A DNA stretch of 38,086 nt from Legionellales bacterium (GTDB lineage Bacteria > Pseudomonadota > Gammaproteobacteria > UBA1113), in contig JABEVJ010000323.1 of assembly GCA_013043985.1 (NCBI GenBank), positions 1 through 38,086 on the forward strand. The letters are read 5' to 3'. Shown here piece after piece: positions 17,545 through 28,295 of the stretch (the first letter of the stretch is position 1; each line of letters starts with the position of its first letter). A program made the position numbers and the translations under genes. The notes under the pieces are model-generated. The model ran no database searches. It had not been told where the DNA came from and worked only from the letters and a program-made list of their open reading frames with translations.

Positions 17545-19000
17545 CCCGTCAACTTCCTATGATATCGATATCAAGGGGTTAGCATTAGATAGTCGTGATA
17601 TAAAGCCAGGCTATCTTTTTCTTGCTTGTCCTGGAACACATACCACTGGACATGATTTTATTGATAAAGCCATTGAGGCTGGTGCGGTTGCTGTTTTGTG
17701 TGATGCAAGCCCTCACATTTTCAATGATGTTATGATTACGCTCGAAGACGGACGTCAAATTCCTGTTTTGGCTGTTCCCTATCTGCTGACCTCAGTGGGT
17801 CAACTTGCCTCTCAATTTTACGGAGAACCGAGCACTCACTTTCCTGTCTATGGTGTAACTGGAACAAACGGGAAAACCTCAATTACCCACTACATCGCAC
17901 AATGTTTCAATCAAATCAATCAGCCATGTGCGGTTTTGGGAACAGTAGGGAATGGTTTTTTAGACAAACTGGAAGAAAGCTCGCATACCACAGCTGATCC
18001 TATTTCCTTACAGCAATTATTGGCTCGTTATCAAGAGCAGGGTGCAAAAGCCATTGCGATGGAAGTTTCCTCTCATGGTCTGGATCAAGGACGAGTAAAT
18101 GGGGTCTGTTTTGATTCAGCAATTTTTACTAATTTAACGCATGACCATCTTGATTATCACCAAACAATGGAAAATTATGCAGCAGCAAAACGAAAGCTAT
18201 TTTGTATGCCCGACTTGAAAAGAGGAATCTTTAATCTTGATGATGCCTATGGCAGAGCATTATTAAATGAATTTAAAGACAAAATAGACTGTTATGGCTA
18301 TTCAGTCGACCCACAGACTGGTTCTGAGTTTCCCTTAATCAAAGCTCTGGAGGTACAGTATTCTACGCAAGGCATCAACGCACAGATAGATACTCCCTGG
18401 GGGAGCGCAGAGTTGAGTTTAAGTTTATTTGGACACTTTAATCTCAGTAATGTGCTTGCAGTAATAGCATTGTTAGGCAGCAAAGGGATTTCATTTCAAG
18501 AAATTTTAGGTTTAGTCTCAAAAATCAAACCCGTAACAGGTCGAATGGAGATGCTAAAAAAAGCAGGAAAAATAACGGTTGTTGTCGATTACTCTCATAC
18601 TCCCGATTCATTAAATAAAGCATTGATAGCTATTCGTGCACACACAGGTGCAAAAATCTGGTGCGTATTTGGCTGCGGTGGAGACAGAGACAAGGGCAAA
18701 CGTCCTGAAATGGGCAAAATTGCTGAACAACTGGCTGATCACGTTATTGTTACGAATGATAATCCACGTCATGAATCTGCTGAGCAAATTGCACAAGATA
18801 TTTTGGATGGCATGAGTTATCCAGAGAAAGTGACTGTTTTATTGGATAGAGAACAAGCGATTCATTACGCCATTTCGCAAGCGCATGAAAAAGATGTTAT
18901 TCTAGTTGCCGGAAAAGGTCACGAGAATTATCAACAGGTTGGAGATGAAAAGCGTCCTTTTTCGGATCAGGCAGTGGTTAAGCAGATTCTTGGGATTTAG
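17510..19000 (+). CDS. murE: UDP-N-acetylmuramoyl-L-alanyl-D-glutamate--2,6-diaminopimelate ligase
   Basis: ATP-binding GVTGTNGKTS, a Mur ligase middle domain, and DNPR (NDNPRHE), the DAP-specificity motif. It overlaps the ftsI end. Confidence 0.92.
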   Translation: MKLSQLCQNLIDPSTSYDIDIKGLALDSRDIKPGYLFLACPGTHTTGHDFIDKAIEAGAVAVLCDASPHIFNDVMITLEDGRQIPVLAVPYLLTSVGQLASQFYGEPSTHFPVYGVTGTNGKTSITHYIAQCFNQINQPCAVLGTVGNGFLDKLEESSHTTADPISLQQLLARYQEQGAKAIAMEVSSHGLDQGRVNGVCFDSAIFTNLTHDHLDYHQTMENYAAAKRKLFCMPDLKRGIFNLDDAYGRALLNEFKDKIDCYGYSVDPQTGSEFPLIKALEVQYSTQGINAQIDTPWGSAELSLSLFGHFNLSNVLAVIALLGSKGISFQEILGLVSKIKPVTGRMEMLKKAGKITVVVDYSHTPDSLNKALIAIRAHTGAKIWCVFGCGGDRDKGKRPEMGKIAEQLADHVIVTNDNPRHESAEQIAQDILDGMSYPEKVTVLLDREQAIHYAISQAHEKDVILVAGKGHENYQQVGDEKRPFSDQAVVKQILGI

Positions 19001-19009
19001 GTCAAAAGT

Positions 19010-19188
19010 TGGAAAATGCTCGTCATTGCGAGGAAGCGCAGCGACGAAGCAATCCAGAGTAGTCATTAAGTGTCAAGATCGTGATTTTACGCTCTTTCTA
19101 CTGGATTGCTTCGTCGTAAACTCCTCGCAATGACGAGCGTTTTTAGATATTTGTTGTTGTTCCCTCATTGCGCGACAGCGACTATATA
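19010..19188. mobile_element. Family-1 MITE-like element (full palindromic core plus right tail) between murE and murF
   Basis: ggaaaatgctcgtcattgcgaggaagcgcagcgacgaagcaatccagag ... ctggattgcttcgtcgtaaactcctcgcaatgacgagcgttttt, followed by the tail atatttgttgttgttccctcattgcgcgacagcgactatata. Confidence 0.85.
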
Positions 19189-19206
19189 AAAGATAAGGAA
19201 AAAAAT

Positions 19207-20562
19207 ATGCAATTATCAGAAATTACACGAATGCTGGAAGGGCGTCTTATTGGCGCAGATGCAAGTTTTCAAGGTGTGAGTTTAAACTCCCGCACCATTC
19301 AGCCCGACCAGCTTTTTATTGCATATAAAGGAAAAAACGCGGATGGACATGATTTTCTGGATGAAGCAAAAGAGCGGGGAGCGATAGGAGCACTGGTTTT
19401 ACATCCCGTTGAGAGCACATTACCCCAGGTTGTTGTCCATGATATACGCATGTCACTGGGTGAAATCGCCAGTTATTATCGCCAACAGCTTACCATGCCT
19501 ATCATCGCATTAACGGGGAGTTGTGGTAAAACGACGACAAAAACCCTCATTGCAAAAATATTATCGAAAGTAGGGAAAGTTCATTCTACGGAAGGCACAT
19601 TAAATAATGATTATGGAATGCCATTGACGCTTCTGAATGCGAGTAAAAAAGATAAATTTGTCGTGTTGGAAATGGGTGCCAATCATCCGCAGGAAATTGC
19701 TTATCTCACTTATATTGCTCGCCCCACCATTGCATTAATCACCAACGCAGGTCCGGTACATCTTGAGGGCTTTAAAGATATTCAAGGTGTGGCACGTGCA
19801 AAGGGTGAAATATTTCAGGGATTGGCGCAAAATGGTGTCGCTATAATCAATATTGATGATGTTTTCGGGCAATATTGGCAAGAAATTGCTGCTGGAAATC
19901 CTTATATTACATTTGGTTTAAATACGCGGGCAGATGTTTATGCAGACCAAATTCAAGTGCATTCGGATGGCAGCACCACTTTTCATTTACACACACTCAG
20001 TGGTTCAGGACAGGTAAATCTCGCGTTGATCGGTAAACATAATATTATGAATGCATTGGCTGCAACGGCTGTTGGAATTGCTGCTGGAGCATCAACAGAA
20101 CAAATTTGTGCAGGTTTAAGTGAGGTCATATCAGTAGACAAACGACTGATGCCACGCGTCGGATTAAACGGGATGACGATTATTGATGACACGTATAATG
20201 CGAACCCCCGCGCCATGGAAATTGCTGTTGATGTGCTGATGGAGCTGGCTGGAGAGAAAGTATTTGTTACGGGTGACATGGGTGAGCTTGGGGCCGAGGC
20301 GGTAAAATTTCACCGCCAACTTGGTGAAATGGCACGTCTTGCAGGTGTAAACCGACTTTATGCAGTCGGCGAGTTATCGTTACATACCGCAGAGGCGTTT
20401 GGAGAAAAGGGCTATCATTTTCATGACCAGGCAGCGTTGATTGAGGCATTACAAGTCGAATTAAAACCAAATATTTGTATGTTGGTGAAAGGTTCTCGTA
20501 GCGCAAAAATGGAAAATGTGGTACAAGCTTTGCTCCCAAAAACGGAGACTCATTTATGCTAG
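19207..20562 (+). CDS. murF: UDP-N-acetylmuramoyl-tripeptide--D-alanyl-D-alanine ligase
   Basis: [10 protein letters not shown]-loop and Mur ligase domains. I chose the start at ATG 19207 (AAGGA about 9 nt upstream). The ORF-track TTG start at 19168 lies inside the repeat. Confidence 0.9.
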   Translation: MQLSEITRMLEGRLIGADASFQGVSLNSRTIQPDQLFIAYKGKNADGHDFLDEAKERGAIGALVLHPVESTLPQVVVHDIRMSLGEIASYYRQQLTMPIIALTGSCGKTTTKTLIAKILSKVGKVHSTEGTLNNDYGMPLTLLNASKKDKFVVLEMGANHPQEIAYLTYIARPTIALITNAGPVHLEGFKDIQGVARAKGEIFQGLAQNGVAIINIDDVFGQYWQEIAAGNPYITFGLNTRADVYADQIQVHSDGSTTFHLHTLSGSGQVNLALIGKHNIMNALAATAVGIAAGASTEQICAGLSEVISVDKRLMPRVGLNGMTIIDDTYNANPRAMEIAVDVLMELAGEKVFVTGDMGELGAEAVKFHRQLGEMARLAGVNRLYAVGELSLHTAEAFGEKGYHFHDQAALIEALQVELKPNICMLVKGSRSAKMENVVQALLPKTETHLC

Positions 20563-21638
20563 TTTGGTTAAGTGGTTTATTACAACATTATTTTCATTCA
20601 CTTGACGTTTTTCACTATATTACCTTGCGCGCTATTCTTGCTGCACTGACAGGCTTTGTCGTGAGTTTAGTCTCAGCGCCGCCTATTATTGCACGATTGC
20701 GTCGTTATAAAGTGGGTCAGCAAGTACGCAATGACGGTCCGCAAACCCATTTAGCAAAATCAGGTACACCCACAATGGGTGGGATACTGATATTGATTGC
20801 GATGACCATCAGTGTACTGACATGGGGTGATTTGGACAATCACTATCTCTGGTTGGTTTTATTAATGACGTTAGGATTTGGCTGCATTGGCGGGGTAGAT
20901 GATTACCGTAAGCTGGTTCTTAAAAACAGTAAAGGATTATCCGCTAGATGGAAGTATTTTTGGCAATCTGTTTTAGCACTGATTGCGGCATTTTATTTGT
21001 TTTATACTTCCACTACCCCTGCCGAAACACAATTAATTATTCCTTTTTTTAAACATCTTGACATTGAAATGGGCTGGTTTTTTATTCCTTTTGTTTATTT
21101 TGTCATTGTGGGCACCAGCAATGCAGTCAATTTAACCGATGGATTAGATGGTTTGGCTATTTTACCGACGGTATTAGTAGCAGCAGCACTTGGTGTTTTT
21201 GCCTATTTAACGGGGAATATGATGTTTGCGAAGTATTTAATTATTCCTTACATCCCTGGCGTTGGCGAAGTCACTATTGTCTGCTCGGCTTTGGTAGGTT
21301 CAGGTTTGGGCTTTTTATGGTTTAACACCTATCCGGCAGAAGTATTTATGGGCGATGTTGGCTCGCTGGCATTGGGCGCAGCACTTGGTGTTATCGCAGT
21401 GGTTGTCAGAGAGGAGTTGGTGCTTTTTTTGATGGGCGGCATTTTCGTTGCGGAAACCTTATCGGTTATTTTGCAGGTTGGCTCTTATAAATTGACTCAT
21501 CGGCGAATATTTCGTATGGCACCATTACATCATCATTTCGAATTGAAGGGTTGGTCTGAACCTAAAGTCATTGTGCGCTTTTGGATTGTCACTTTGGTTT
21601 TGGTTTTATTGGGTTTGGCAACGTTAAAGTTAAGATAA
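20556..21638 (+). CDS. mraY: Phospho-N-acetylmuramoyl-pentapeptide transferase
   Basis: Polytopic membrane protein with [18 protein letters not shown] and HHHFE motifs. It overlaps the murF stop. Confidence 0.93.
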   Translation: MLVWLSGLLQHYFHSLDVFHYITLRAILAALTGFVVSLVSAPPIIARLRRYKVGQQVRNDGPQTHLAKSGTPTMGGILILIAMTISVLTWGDLDNHYLWLVLLMTLGFGCIGGVDDYRKLVLKNSKGLSARWKYFWQSVLALIAAFYLFYTSTTPAETQLIIPFFKHLDIEMGWFFIPFVYFVIVGTSNAVNLTDGLDGLAILPTVLVAAALGVFAYLTGNMMFAKYLIIPYIPGVGEVTIVCSALVGSGLGFLWFNTYPAEVFMGDVGSLALGAALGVIAVVVREELVLFLMGGIFVAETLSVILQVGSYKLTHRRIFRMAPLHHHFELKGWSEPKVIVRFWIVTLVLVLLGLATLKLR

Positions 21639-21685
21639 TCAGTCTGTTTGGGTATAGCGTTAGTTTAAGGCATGAAAGGTGTCTG

Positions 21686-22462
21686 ATGAAAATTGATGGA
21701 ATATTAAAATATTGGCACCCAAGACCGCATGTTTTTGCAAAATTTATCCTCTTTATGACGGTATTTGCTATTTCAACTGCTTTTGCAAGTCCACCTTTTC
21801 TGACTGATGGCGCGGATGTGACTGATTATCAGAAATATGATGCTTATTTATACTCCATGACCGATGCTCGTCCGGGTACGATTTATCTACAAACTCCAGC
21901 AGTTGAGCTTGATTGGGGATTTGCGCCCAATTTTGAAGTTGAGCTTATAGCTCCGCTGGTGAGTATCATAAAAACCGGGATCCCCAATGCCACTGGCGTG
22001 GGTGATACAGACATAGCACTAGGTTATCGTTTCCATCAAGAAACAGCAAATACGCCTGCCATGGCGTTTATTCCGCTCATATCCATTCCAACGGGTGATG
22101 TGAATAGATATTTGGGTAATGGCCAGATGACCACCCAACTACCAGTTTGGTTCCAAAAATCATTTAAAAATTGGACAATAGATACCGGAGGCGGATACAA
22201 CATTAACCATGCGCCCAATACATTTAATAATTATTTTGGTGGATTTTTGCTACAAAATCAGATTAATCAAAAATGGAGTTTAGGAGGTGAGATTTTTTCT
22301 CAAGGGGCACAAACGACCACTCAGGCTGCTTATACGGTGCTAAATTTAGGAGGATCGTATAATTTCACTCCAACTTTGAGCTTACTTTTTAGTGCGGGTA
22401 ATAGCATAGCTGGACAGCAAAACTTTATTTCCTATCTTGGTTTATACTGGGTTTCGAGTTAG
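21686..22462 (+). CDS. Outer-membrane beta-barrel protein, MetA-pathway/phenol-degradation-like (PF13557-like), paralog 1
   Basis: Signal peptide ...FAISTAFA|SPPFLTDG, alternating beta-strand pattern, aromatic C-terminus YLGLYWVSS. Start at MKIDG, because the longer ORF overlaps mraY. The family assignment is from memory of the PFxTDDA N-terminal signature. Confidence 0.6.
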   Translation: MKIDGILKYWHPRPHVFAKFILFMTVFAISTAFASPPFLTDGADVTDYQKYDAYLYSMTDARPGTIYLQTPAVELDWGFAPNFEVELIAPLVSIIKTGIPNATGVGDTDIALGYRFHQETANTPAMAFIPLISIPTGDVNRYLGNGQMTTQLPVWFQKSFKNWTIDTGGGYNINHAPNTFNNYFGGFLLQNQINQKWSLGGEIFSQGAQTTTQAAYTVLNLGGSYNFTPTLSLLFSAGNSIAGQQNFISYLGLYWVSS

Positions 22463-22464
22463 CT

Positions 22465-23217
22465 ATGAAAATGCATCGAATATTAAAACACGTTATTGCG
22501 CAACTTATCAGTTTATTTATTATTACTGCCGCGTTTGCAGGGCCGCCGTTTCTAACCGATGACACCGATGTGACTGATTACCAGCAGCGCCAATTATATT
22601 TCTACTCGATGACGGACGCTTATCCGGGTACGGTGAATCTACAAACTCCGGCTGCTGAACTGGATTGGGGTTTTGCTCCCAATCTTGAAGTCGAAATTGC
22701 TGTTCCACTTGTTAGTAACATTGAAATTGGTATGCCCAATGCAACAGGTTTGGGTGATACTAGCGTATCACTTGGTTATCGGTTTCATCAAGAAACTGCG
22801 AAAACGCCTGCCATTGCTTTTATTCCAGAAATAACCATTCCAACAGGCAATGCGAATAAGGATTTGGGTAATGGAAAGATCATTACACAACTGCCATTTT
22901 GGTTTCAAAAATCAATTGGAAACTGGACTATCGACACGGGAGGCGGATATAACATTAACCATGCTCCGCAGATGTTTAATAATTACTTTGGCGGTTTCTT
23001 GTTACAAAATCAGATTAATCAAAAATTGAGTTTGGGTGGAGAAATTTTTTATCAGGGCGCACAGGCCACTAACCAAGAAGCTTATACAGCCCTGAATTTA
23101 GGGGGAACGTATAATTTTACACCAACCTTTAGTTTGCTCTTTAGTGCTGGCAACAGTATAGCCGGACAACAAAATTTTATTTCCTACCTTGGTTTATACT
23201 GGGCTTCATCGAGTTAG
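22465..23217 (+). CDS. Outer-membrane beta-barrel protein, paralog 2 (tandem duplicate)
   Basis: Collinear and highly similar to 21686-22462, for example WTIDTGGGYNINHAP, NNYFGGFLLQNQINQK and LLFSAGNSIAGQQNFISYLGLYW. Signal peptide ...ITAAFA|GPPFLTDD. Confidence 0.6.
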   Translation: MKMHRILKHVIAQLISLFIITAAFAGPPFLTDDTDVTDYQQRQLYFYSMTDAYPGTVNLQTPAAELDWGFAPNLEVEIAVPLVSNIEIGMPNATGLGDTSVSLGYRFHQETAKTPAIAFIPEITIPTGNANKDLGNGKIITQLPFWFQKSIGNWTIDTGGGYNINHAPQMFNNYFGGFLLQNQINQKLSLGGEIFYQGAQATNQEAYTALNLGGTYNFTPTFSLLFSAGNSIAGQQNFISYLGLYWASSS

Positions 23218-23259
23218 ACAATATTTTTTAGCAATAAAAGAGTGTTAGCAATAAAAGAG

Positions 23260-23288
23260 TTGCATTGTCTGCCAAGTTGTAATATACT
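23260..23288 (+). promoter_or_regulatory. Putative sigma70 promoter for the initiator tRNA / rimP-nusA-infB operon
   Basis: TTGCAT (23260-23265), a 17-nt spacer, then TATACT (23283-23288), 14 nt upstream of the tRNA 5' end. It is preceded by a tandem duplication, tagcaataaaagagt x2. Confidence 0.55.
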
Positions 23289-23302
23289 CCTGCTCATGTT
23301 GA

Positions 23303-23379
<77 letters not shown>

Positions 23380-23425
23380 TTTCCTTCTATACCTAAATTC
23401 AGTTTTTTGGGTATATATATAACTT

Positions 23426-23452
23426 AAAACCCCTGTTCCAAGGGGTTTTTTG
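23426..23452 (+). terminator. Rho-independent terminator/attenuator after the tRNA
   Basis: aaaacccct-gttcca-aggggtttt (9-bp stem) running into a T tract. Confidence 0.7.
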
Positions 23453-23460
23453 TTGGTGCA

Positions 23461-23621
23461 TATATAGTTGCTGTCGCGAAATTGAAAATGACAGCAAATA
23501 TGGAAAAACGCTCGCAATAGTTATTCATATTGTGCAGTTTTAATCGTTTCATAGGGCGGAAAAGAGCAAGACAAAAACCCGAAATATGAAATGCTTCGCA
23601 TCTTGAAGTACAATGGGTATA
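23461..23621. mobile_element. Chimeric MITE-like element: family-1 tail at one end, family-3 half at the other
   Basis: The left end tatatagttgctgtcgcgaaattgaaaatgacagcaaatatggaaaaacgctcgc is the reverse complement of the family-1 tail. The remainder, read in reverse complement (tatacccattgtacttcaagatgc...aaacgattaaaactgcacaatatgaataactattgc), matches 30558-30660 and 37988-38086. Confidence 0.7.
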
Positions 23622-23664
23622 TTGAGGGACACTGATATTAATGACGAATATTTGAGGATAATGC

Positions 23665-24159
23665 ATGACAAGCAAACAAGCAAAGCTAGAACAATTACTG
23701 GAAACTGAAATCAGTAGTCTTGGCTATGAGTTTGTTGGTTGTGCTTTTGCACAAGAAGGACGTAAATCGTTGCTGCGTGTTTACGTTGACAAACCAGGCG
23801 GAATTTTTATTGAGGATTGTGCAAAAATAACCCGTCATGTTAGTTCCATGTTAGATGTAGAGGATCCGATCGCAGGACGGTATACATTAGAAGTTTCATC
23901 CCCTGGTGTGGAGCGTTTTTTGTTTAAACCACTGCATTATCAGCGCGTTATTGGTGCAAAAATCAGACTTAAATTACATGTGCCACGAGATGGACGGCGC
24001 AATTTTTCCGGCATATTGGAAAGCGCAAATGATGAATCATTTAATTTAATGACAGATAATGGCATCATTTCACTGTCTTATCCTGAAATAGATAAAGCGA
24101 ATGTGGAAGTTGAGTTTACAGAATTGAAAAAGAAGGGCGGCAAACATGAGCATGAGTAG
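23665..24159 (+). CDS. rimP: Ribosome maturation factor RimP
   Basis: LGYEFVGCAF ... LLRVYVDKPGG ... YTLEVSSPG motifs. It sits directly upstream of nusA. Confidence 0.9.
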   Translation: MTSKQAKLEQLLETEISSLGYEFVGCAFAQEGRKSLLRVYVDKPGGIFIEDCAKITRHVSSMLDVEDPIAGRYTLEVSSPGVERFLFKPLHYQRVIGAKIRLKLHVPRDGRRNFSGILESANDESFNLMTDNGIISLSYPEIDKANVEVEFTELKKKGGKHEHE

Positions 24160-25618
24160 TAAAGATATTTTACCCTTAATCGAATCACTGGCTAATGCCA
24201 AACGCATATCACAGCAAAATGTATTTGAGGCACTGGAAAGTGCGCTGGCTGCAACTACAAAAAAACGCTTTGAAGAAGAGAGTGTCGTCCGTGTTGAAAT
24301 TAATCGAACAACAGGTAAAATAGTGAGTTTCCACTGTTTTACGGTTATTGAAGATGATTTGCAGCCAGATGCTGCTCAAATGCGGTTATCTGATGCCAGA
24401 CAAATGGACGCTGCAGCCGAAGTTGGGGCTCACATAGAAGAGGCGCTGGGTCCGATTGAGTTTGGGCGTATTGACGCACAAACTGCAAAAGGTATTATTA
24501 TTCAGGCAATGCGTGATGCGGAAAGACGGCAGGTTGTTAACCAATTTAAGTCAAAACTTTACACTATTATGACAGGTATTGTCAAAAAAGTGACACGCGA
24601 AATGGTGCTGCTAGATTTAGGTGATAACGTTGACGCAGTTCTTTATCGTGAAGATATGCTGCCTTCTGATATTCTACGTGTGAATGACAGAGTTCGCGTT
24701 TTTGTTTATGACGTCCATTATGAGCCTCGGGGGGCTCAAGTATTTGTTAGCCGCACGCATAACGATATGCTTGTTGAACTGTTCCGGCTTGAAGTGCCTG
24801 AAATTGGTGAAGAGGTTATTCAAATTAAAGCGGCTGCTCGCGATCCGGGAATACGTGCAAAAATTGCTGTTAAAACGAATGATGGCCGTATAGATCCCAT
24901 TGGTGCCTGTGTCGGCATGAGGGGTTCGCGTGTTCAAGCTGTTTCTGGTGAGTTGGGTGGTGAGCGGATTGATATTGTGTTATGGGATGAAAGTCCGGCA
25001 CAATTGGTTATCAATGCAATGGCTCCAGCCGAAGTAGAATCAATTGTTGTGGACGAAGAGTCCCATTCAATCGATGTGGCTGTCAAACAAGAGCATCTCT
25101 CTCAAGCAATTGGACGCAACGGACAAAATGTGAAATTGGCCAGTGAGTTAACGGGTTGGAACCTGAATGTGATGTCACTTGAAGATGCGCAAGCAAAATC
25201 GGTGCAGGAAACAGAGGTTTTATCCCAATTATTTGTTGATGAGTTAGGTGTGGATGAAGATTTTGCATCTATTTTGATTGAAGAAGGTTTTTCATCAATT
25301 GAAGAAATTGCTTATGTTCCTGTTTCTGAATTACTCTCGATTGAAGGATTTGATGAGGACTTAGCACATGAATTGCGTGATCGTGCTCAGGAAGTTTTGA
25401 AAGAGAGGCAAGCAGAAACACAGCAACAACCAGGTCATGAGCTCCTGAATATTGAAGGCATGACACCGGAGCTTGCTGCTAAATTAGTAGAACATGGTAT
25501 TATGACCATGGAAGATTTAGCAGAACAGGCTGTTGATGATTTATTGGAAATTGAAGGTTTGGATGAGGAAACCGCCGCGAAGCTTATTATGACAGCGCGT
25601 GAGCCATGGTTTAATTAA
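24146..25618 (+). CDS. nusA: Transcription termination/antitermination factor NusA
   Basis: N-terminal NusA domain, S1 and KH domains (RDPGIRAKIAV, GACVGMRGSRVQAV, IGRNGQNVKLAS) and C-terminal acidic repeats. Confidence 0.95.
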   Translation: MSMSSKDILPLIESLANAKRISQQNVFEALESALAATTKKRFEEESVVRVEINRTTGKIVSFHCFTVIEDDLQPDAAQMRLSDARQMDAAAEVGAHIEEALGPIEFGRIDAQTAKGIIIQAMRDAERRQVVNQFKSKLYTIMTGIVKKVTREMVLLDLGDNVDAVLYREDMLPSDILRVNDRVRVFVYDVHYEPRGAQVFVSRTHNDMLVELFRLEVPEIGEEVIQIKAAARDPGIRAKIAVKTNDGRIDPIGACVGMRGSRVQAVSGELGGERIDIVLWDESPAQLVINAMAPAEVESIVVDEESHSIDVAVKQEHLSQAIGRNGQNVKLASELTGWNLNVMSLEDAQAKSVQETEVLSQLFVDELGVDEDFASILIEEGFSSIEEIAYVPVSELLSIEGFDEDLAHELRDRAQEVLKERQAETQQQPGHELLNIEGMTPELAAKLVEHGIMTMEDLAEQAVDDLLEIEGLDEETAAKLIMTAREPWFN

Positions 25619-25626
25619 CTCTGGTA

Positions 25627-25753
25627 TATACCCTCAAGATTGCATTTGCGGCTAGATGCGGTTGACTCGGGCCACCGGAATGTACACACAAGTACATGAG
25701 GATGACGAGACGTCAATCGCAACCACACAGCAGATTCAATATCGAGGGGTATA
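25627..25753. repeat. Family-2 palindromic MITE-like element in the nusA-infB spacer
   Basis: tataccctcaagattgcatttgcggctagatgcggttgactcgggccaccggaatgtac ... gtacatgaggatgacgagacgtcaatcgcaaccacacagcagattcaatatcgaggggtata. It is collinear with 9286-9412 and, at 127 bp, the same length. Confidence 0.85.
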
Positions 25754-25787
25754 TCTAAAACAACTTGAAAAAGGGGCCGTCAATCTT

Positions 25788-28283
25788 ATGACCGACCAAA
25801 AAAACAGCGAACAAGATAAGACGCAATTGCACTTAAAAAGCTCGCCTGATGTAAAACCCAGCGCAGTTGCAGCCGCCCCAAAGAAATTGATGTTGAAGCG
25901 TAAAAGCGAATTTGAGCTTAAAATCGAAGGCCGTAAGACCGCTGTTAAAGTGGTGGTTAAGAAAAATCGTAGTTATGTTCAACCTACGACTGAAAAAGAA
26001 GAAACGGTATCGCCAGCGCTAGATGAGCAGCTTCTTGCAGAGGCTACTTATGAAGGAATGCCGGAACCTCCCGAAACAATGGTTACTGCTGCAGAGTCAG
26101 ATGAACTCTTGCCAATCCACATTGAGACAGACACACCTATTCCAGAAGCTCTTATTCAGCATGAGGTTGTGCTTGAGATCGTAGGTGAGCCTATTGTTGC
26201 TAAAGAAAATCAGGAACTGGAAGTAGAGCAAGTAAAAACCGAGATTAAATCGGCCAAACCCAAAGTTATTCCGGCAAAAGATAAATCCATTCGGGCTACT
26301 GAGCGCGAAAAAGAAGAGCAGCGAAAAGCGGAACTTCGTAAGCCTAAAAAAGACGTTAAGCATGTAATTCTCTTGACAGAAGATGAGACAGATGAGAAGC
26401 CTGCTCGCTTTGTTCCCGATCGCCATGCCAGAGGAGGTCGCGAAGAACGTGGAGGAGTCCGTCACAAATCAGGCAGAAGTAAACAAACAACAGCATTGAA
26501 ACAAGAGTTTGCAAAACCGACCTCACGTGTTGTGCACGATGTTCAAATTCCTGAAACAATCACAGTTGCTGAGCTAGCCTCACGAATGACAGTCAAGGCA
26601 GCCGAAGTGATACGCGCATTGATGAAATTAGGTGCTATGGCAACCATCAATCAGGTTATTGATCAGGAAACCGCTGCTATTATTGTTGAGGAGATGGGGC
26701 ATAAAGCAACATTACTCAAAGAAAATCAGATTGAAGTCGATATTATTGAAGGCTCAGCCTCAACTGTCGAAGAAACGACACGCGCTCCTGTTGTGACTAT
26801 TATGGGTCACGTTGATCATGGTAAGACTTCGTTGCTCGACTATATTCGTCGAACTCGTGTAACGAGTACTGAGGCTGGAGGAATTACTCAGCATATTGGT
26901 GCATACCATGTCGATACAGATCGCGGCATGATTACCTTTTTAGACACCCCTGGTCATGAAGCTTTTACGGCAATGCGTGCGCGTGGTGCAAAATGCACGG
27001 ATATCGTGGTTCTTGTTGTTGCTGCAGACGATGGTGTGATGCCGCAAACACTGGAGGCCATTCAACATGCACGTGCAGCTGAAGTACCTATTGTGGTGGC
27101 AGTGAATAAAATTGATAAACCTGAAGCCGATCCGGAGCGCGTAAAAACTGAATTATCCAACCATAATGTCATATCCGAAGAGTGGGGTGGGGATGTCATG
27201 TTTGTCAGTATTTCTGCCAAAACAGGAGAGGGAATTGACGCATTGCTTGAGACAATTTTATTACAGGCAGAGGTTTTAGAATTAAAGGCACCTGCAACAG
27301 GTCCTGCACATGGTATTGTCATTGAGTCGCGTCTAGATAAAGGAAGAGGCCCCGTTGCCACTTTGTTGATACAGAGAGGAACATTGAACAAAGGCGATAT
27401 TATCCTGACTGGCATACAGTTTGGCCGCGTTCGGGCTATGCTGAACGAAACTGGTAAATCTGTCGATTCTGCTGGACCTTCTATGCCTGTGGAGGTATTA
27501 GGCTTATCCGGTGCGCCGCTGGCAGGAGATGATATTATTGTTGTTCCTGATGAGCGAAAAGCACGCGAAGTGGCTTTATTTCGTCAAGGAAAATTTAGAG
27601 ATGTTAAGCTGGCAAAACAGCAGGCAACTAAACTTGAGGATATCTTTACGCGCATGAGCGATGGGCAGGTGAATGCCCTCAATATCGTGTTAAAAGCGGA
27701 TGTTCAGGGGTCTGCGGAAGCTTTACAAGATGCATTGCAACGACTTTCAACTTCTGAAGTTCAAGTTAAACTGATTGCAACAGGTGTTGGCGGTATTACT
27801 GAGTCGGATGTCAATCTGGCGATTGCTTCAAAGGCAATCATCATTGGATTTAACGTCAGAGCAGATGCATCGGCAAGACGCTTAGTTGAGTCGGAAAATA
27901 TTGATCTACATTATTACAGTGTCATTTATGATGTCATTGATGAAGTCAAAAAAGCCTTGCAGGGTATGTTATCACCGGAAATGCGCGAACAGATTACTGG
28001 TTTGGCACAAGTTCGAGATGTGTTCCGTTCACCCAAGTTTGGTGCGGTAGCAGGTTGTATGGTGATTGAAGGTATTATCAAGCGACATAAACGTATTCGT
28101 GTATTACGTGATAATATTGTTATTTTTGAAGGTGAACTTGAATCACTACGTCGTTTTAAAGAAGATGTTAATGAGGTTCGTCAAGGCTTTGAGTGCGGAA
28201 TTGCTGTCAAAAACTATAATGATGTCAAGGTTGGCGATCAGATTGAAGTTTTTGAGATCATTGCTGTTGCCAAGACATTGTAA
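25788..28283 (+). CDS. infB: Translation initiation factor IF-2
   Basis: G domain [25 protein letters not shown] chose the start at MTDQKNS (ATG 25788, AAGGGG upstream). The ORF-track start at 25656 lies inside the MITE. Confidence 0.93.
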   Translation: MTDQKNSEQDKTQLHLKSSPDVKPSAVAAAPKKLMLKRKSEFELKIEGRKTAVKVVVKKNRSYVQPTTEKEETVSPALDEQLLAEATYEGMPEPPETMVTAAESDELLPIHIETDTPIPEALIQHEVVLEIVGEPIVAKENQELEVEQVKTEIKSAKPKVIPAKDKSIRATEREKEEQRKAELRKPKKDVKHVILLTEDETDEKPARFVPDRHARGGREERGGVRHKSGRSKQTTALKQEFAKPTSRVVHDVQIPETITVAELASRMTVKAAEVIRALMKLGAMATINQVIDQETAAIIVEEMGHKATLLKENQIEVDIIEGSASTVEETTRAPVVTIMGHVDHGKTSLLDYIRRTRVTSTEAGGITQHIGAYHVDTDRGMITFLDTPGHEAFTAMRARGAKCTDIVVLVVAADDGVMPQTLEAIQHARAAEVPIVVAVNKIDKPEADPERVKTELSNHNVISEEWGGDVMFVSISAKTGEGIDALLETILLQAEVLELKAPATGPAHGIVIESRLDKGRGPVATLLIQRGTLNKGDIILTGIQFGRVRAMLNETGKSVDSAGPSMPVEVLGLSGAPLAGDDIIVVPDERKAREVALFRQGKFRDVKLAKQQATKLEDIFTRMSDGQVNALNIVLKADVQGSAEALQDALQRLSTSEVQVKLIATGVGGITESDVNLAIASKAIIIGFNVRADASARRLVESENIDLHYYSVIYDVIDEVKKALQGMLSPEMREQITGLAQVRDVFRSPKFGAVAGCMVIEGIIKRHKRIRVLRDNIVIFEGELESLRRFKEDVNEVRQGFECGIAVKNYNDVKVGDQIEVFEIIAVAKTL

Positions 28284-28295
28284 AGAGAGAGCAGC

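Noticed and set aside
21581-21685. A long start for the first outer-membrane paralog ([13 protein letters not shown]...).
   Set aside because: It overlaps the mraY 3' end in another frame. The paralog alignment and the signal-peptide position support ATG 21686. For analogous reasons I trimmed the long starts of ribF (32320), ileS (33272), murF (19168), udk (4963), the rhodanese (37999) and the RHH antitoxin (37123).
25656-25787. The ORF-track start of infB adds 44 N-terminal codons ([20 protein letters not shown]...).
   Set aside because: These codons lie entirely within the family-2 MITE. No SD precedes 25656, whereas ATG 25788 has AAGGGG upstream and begins a typical IF2 N-terminus. I kept it only as a low-probability isoform idea in the findings.
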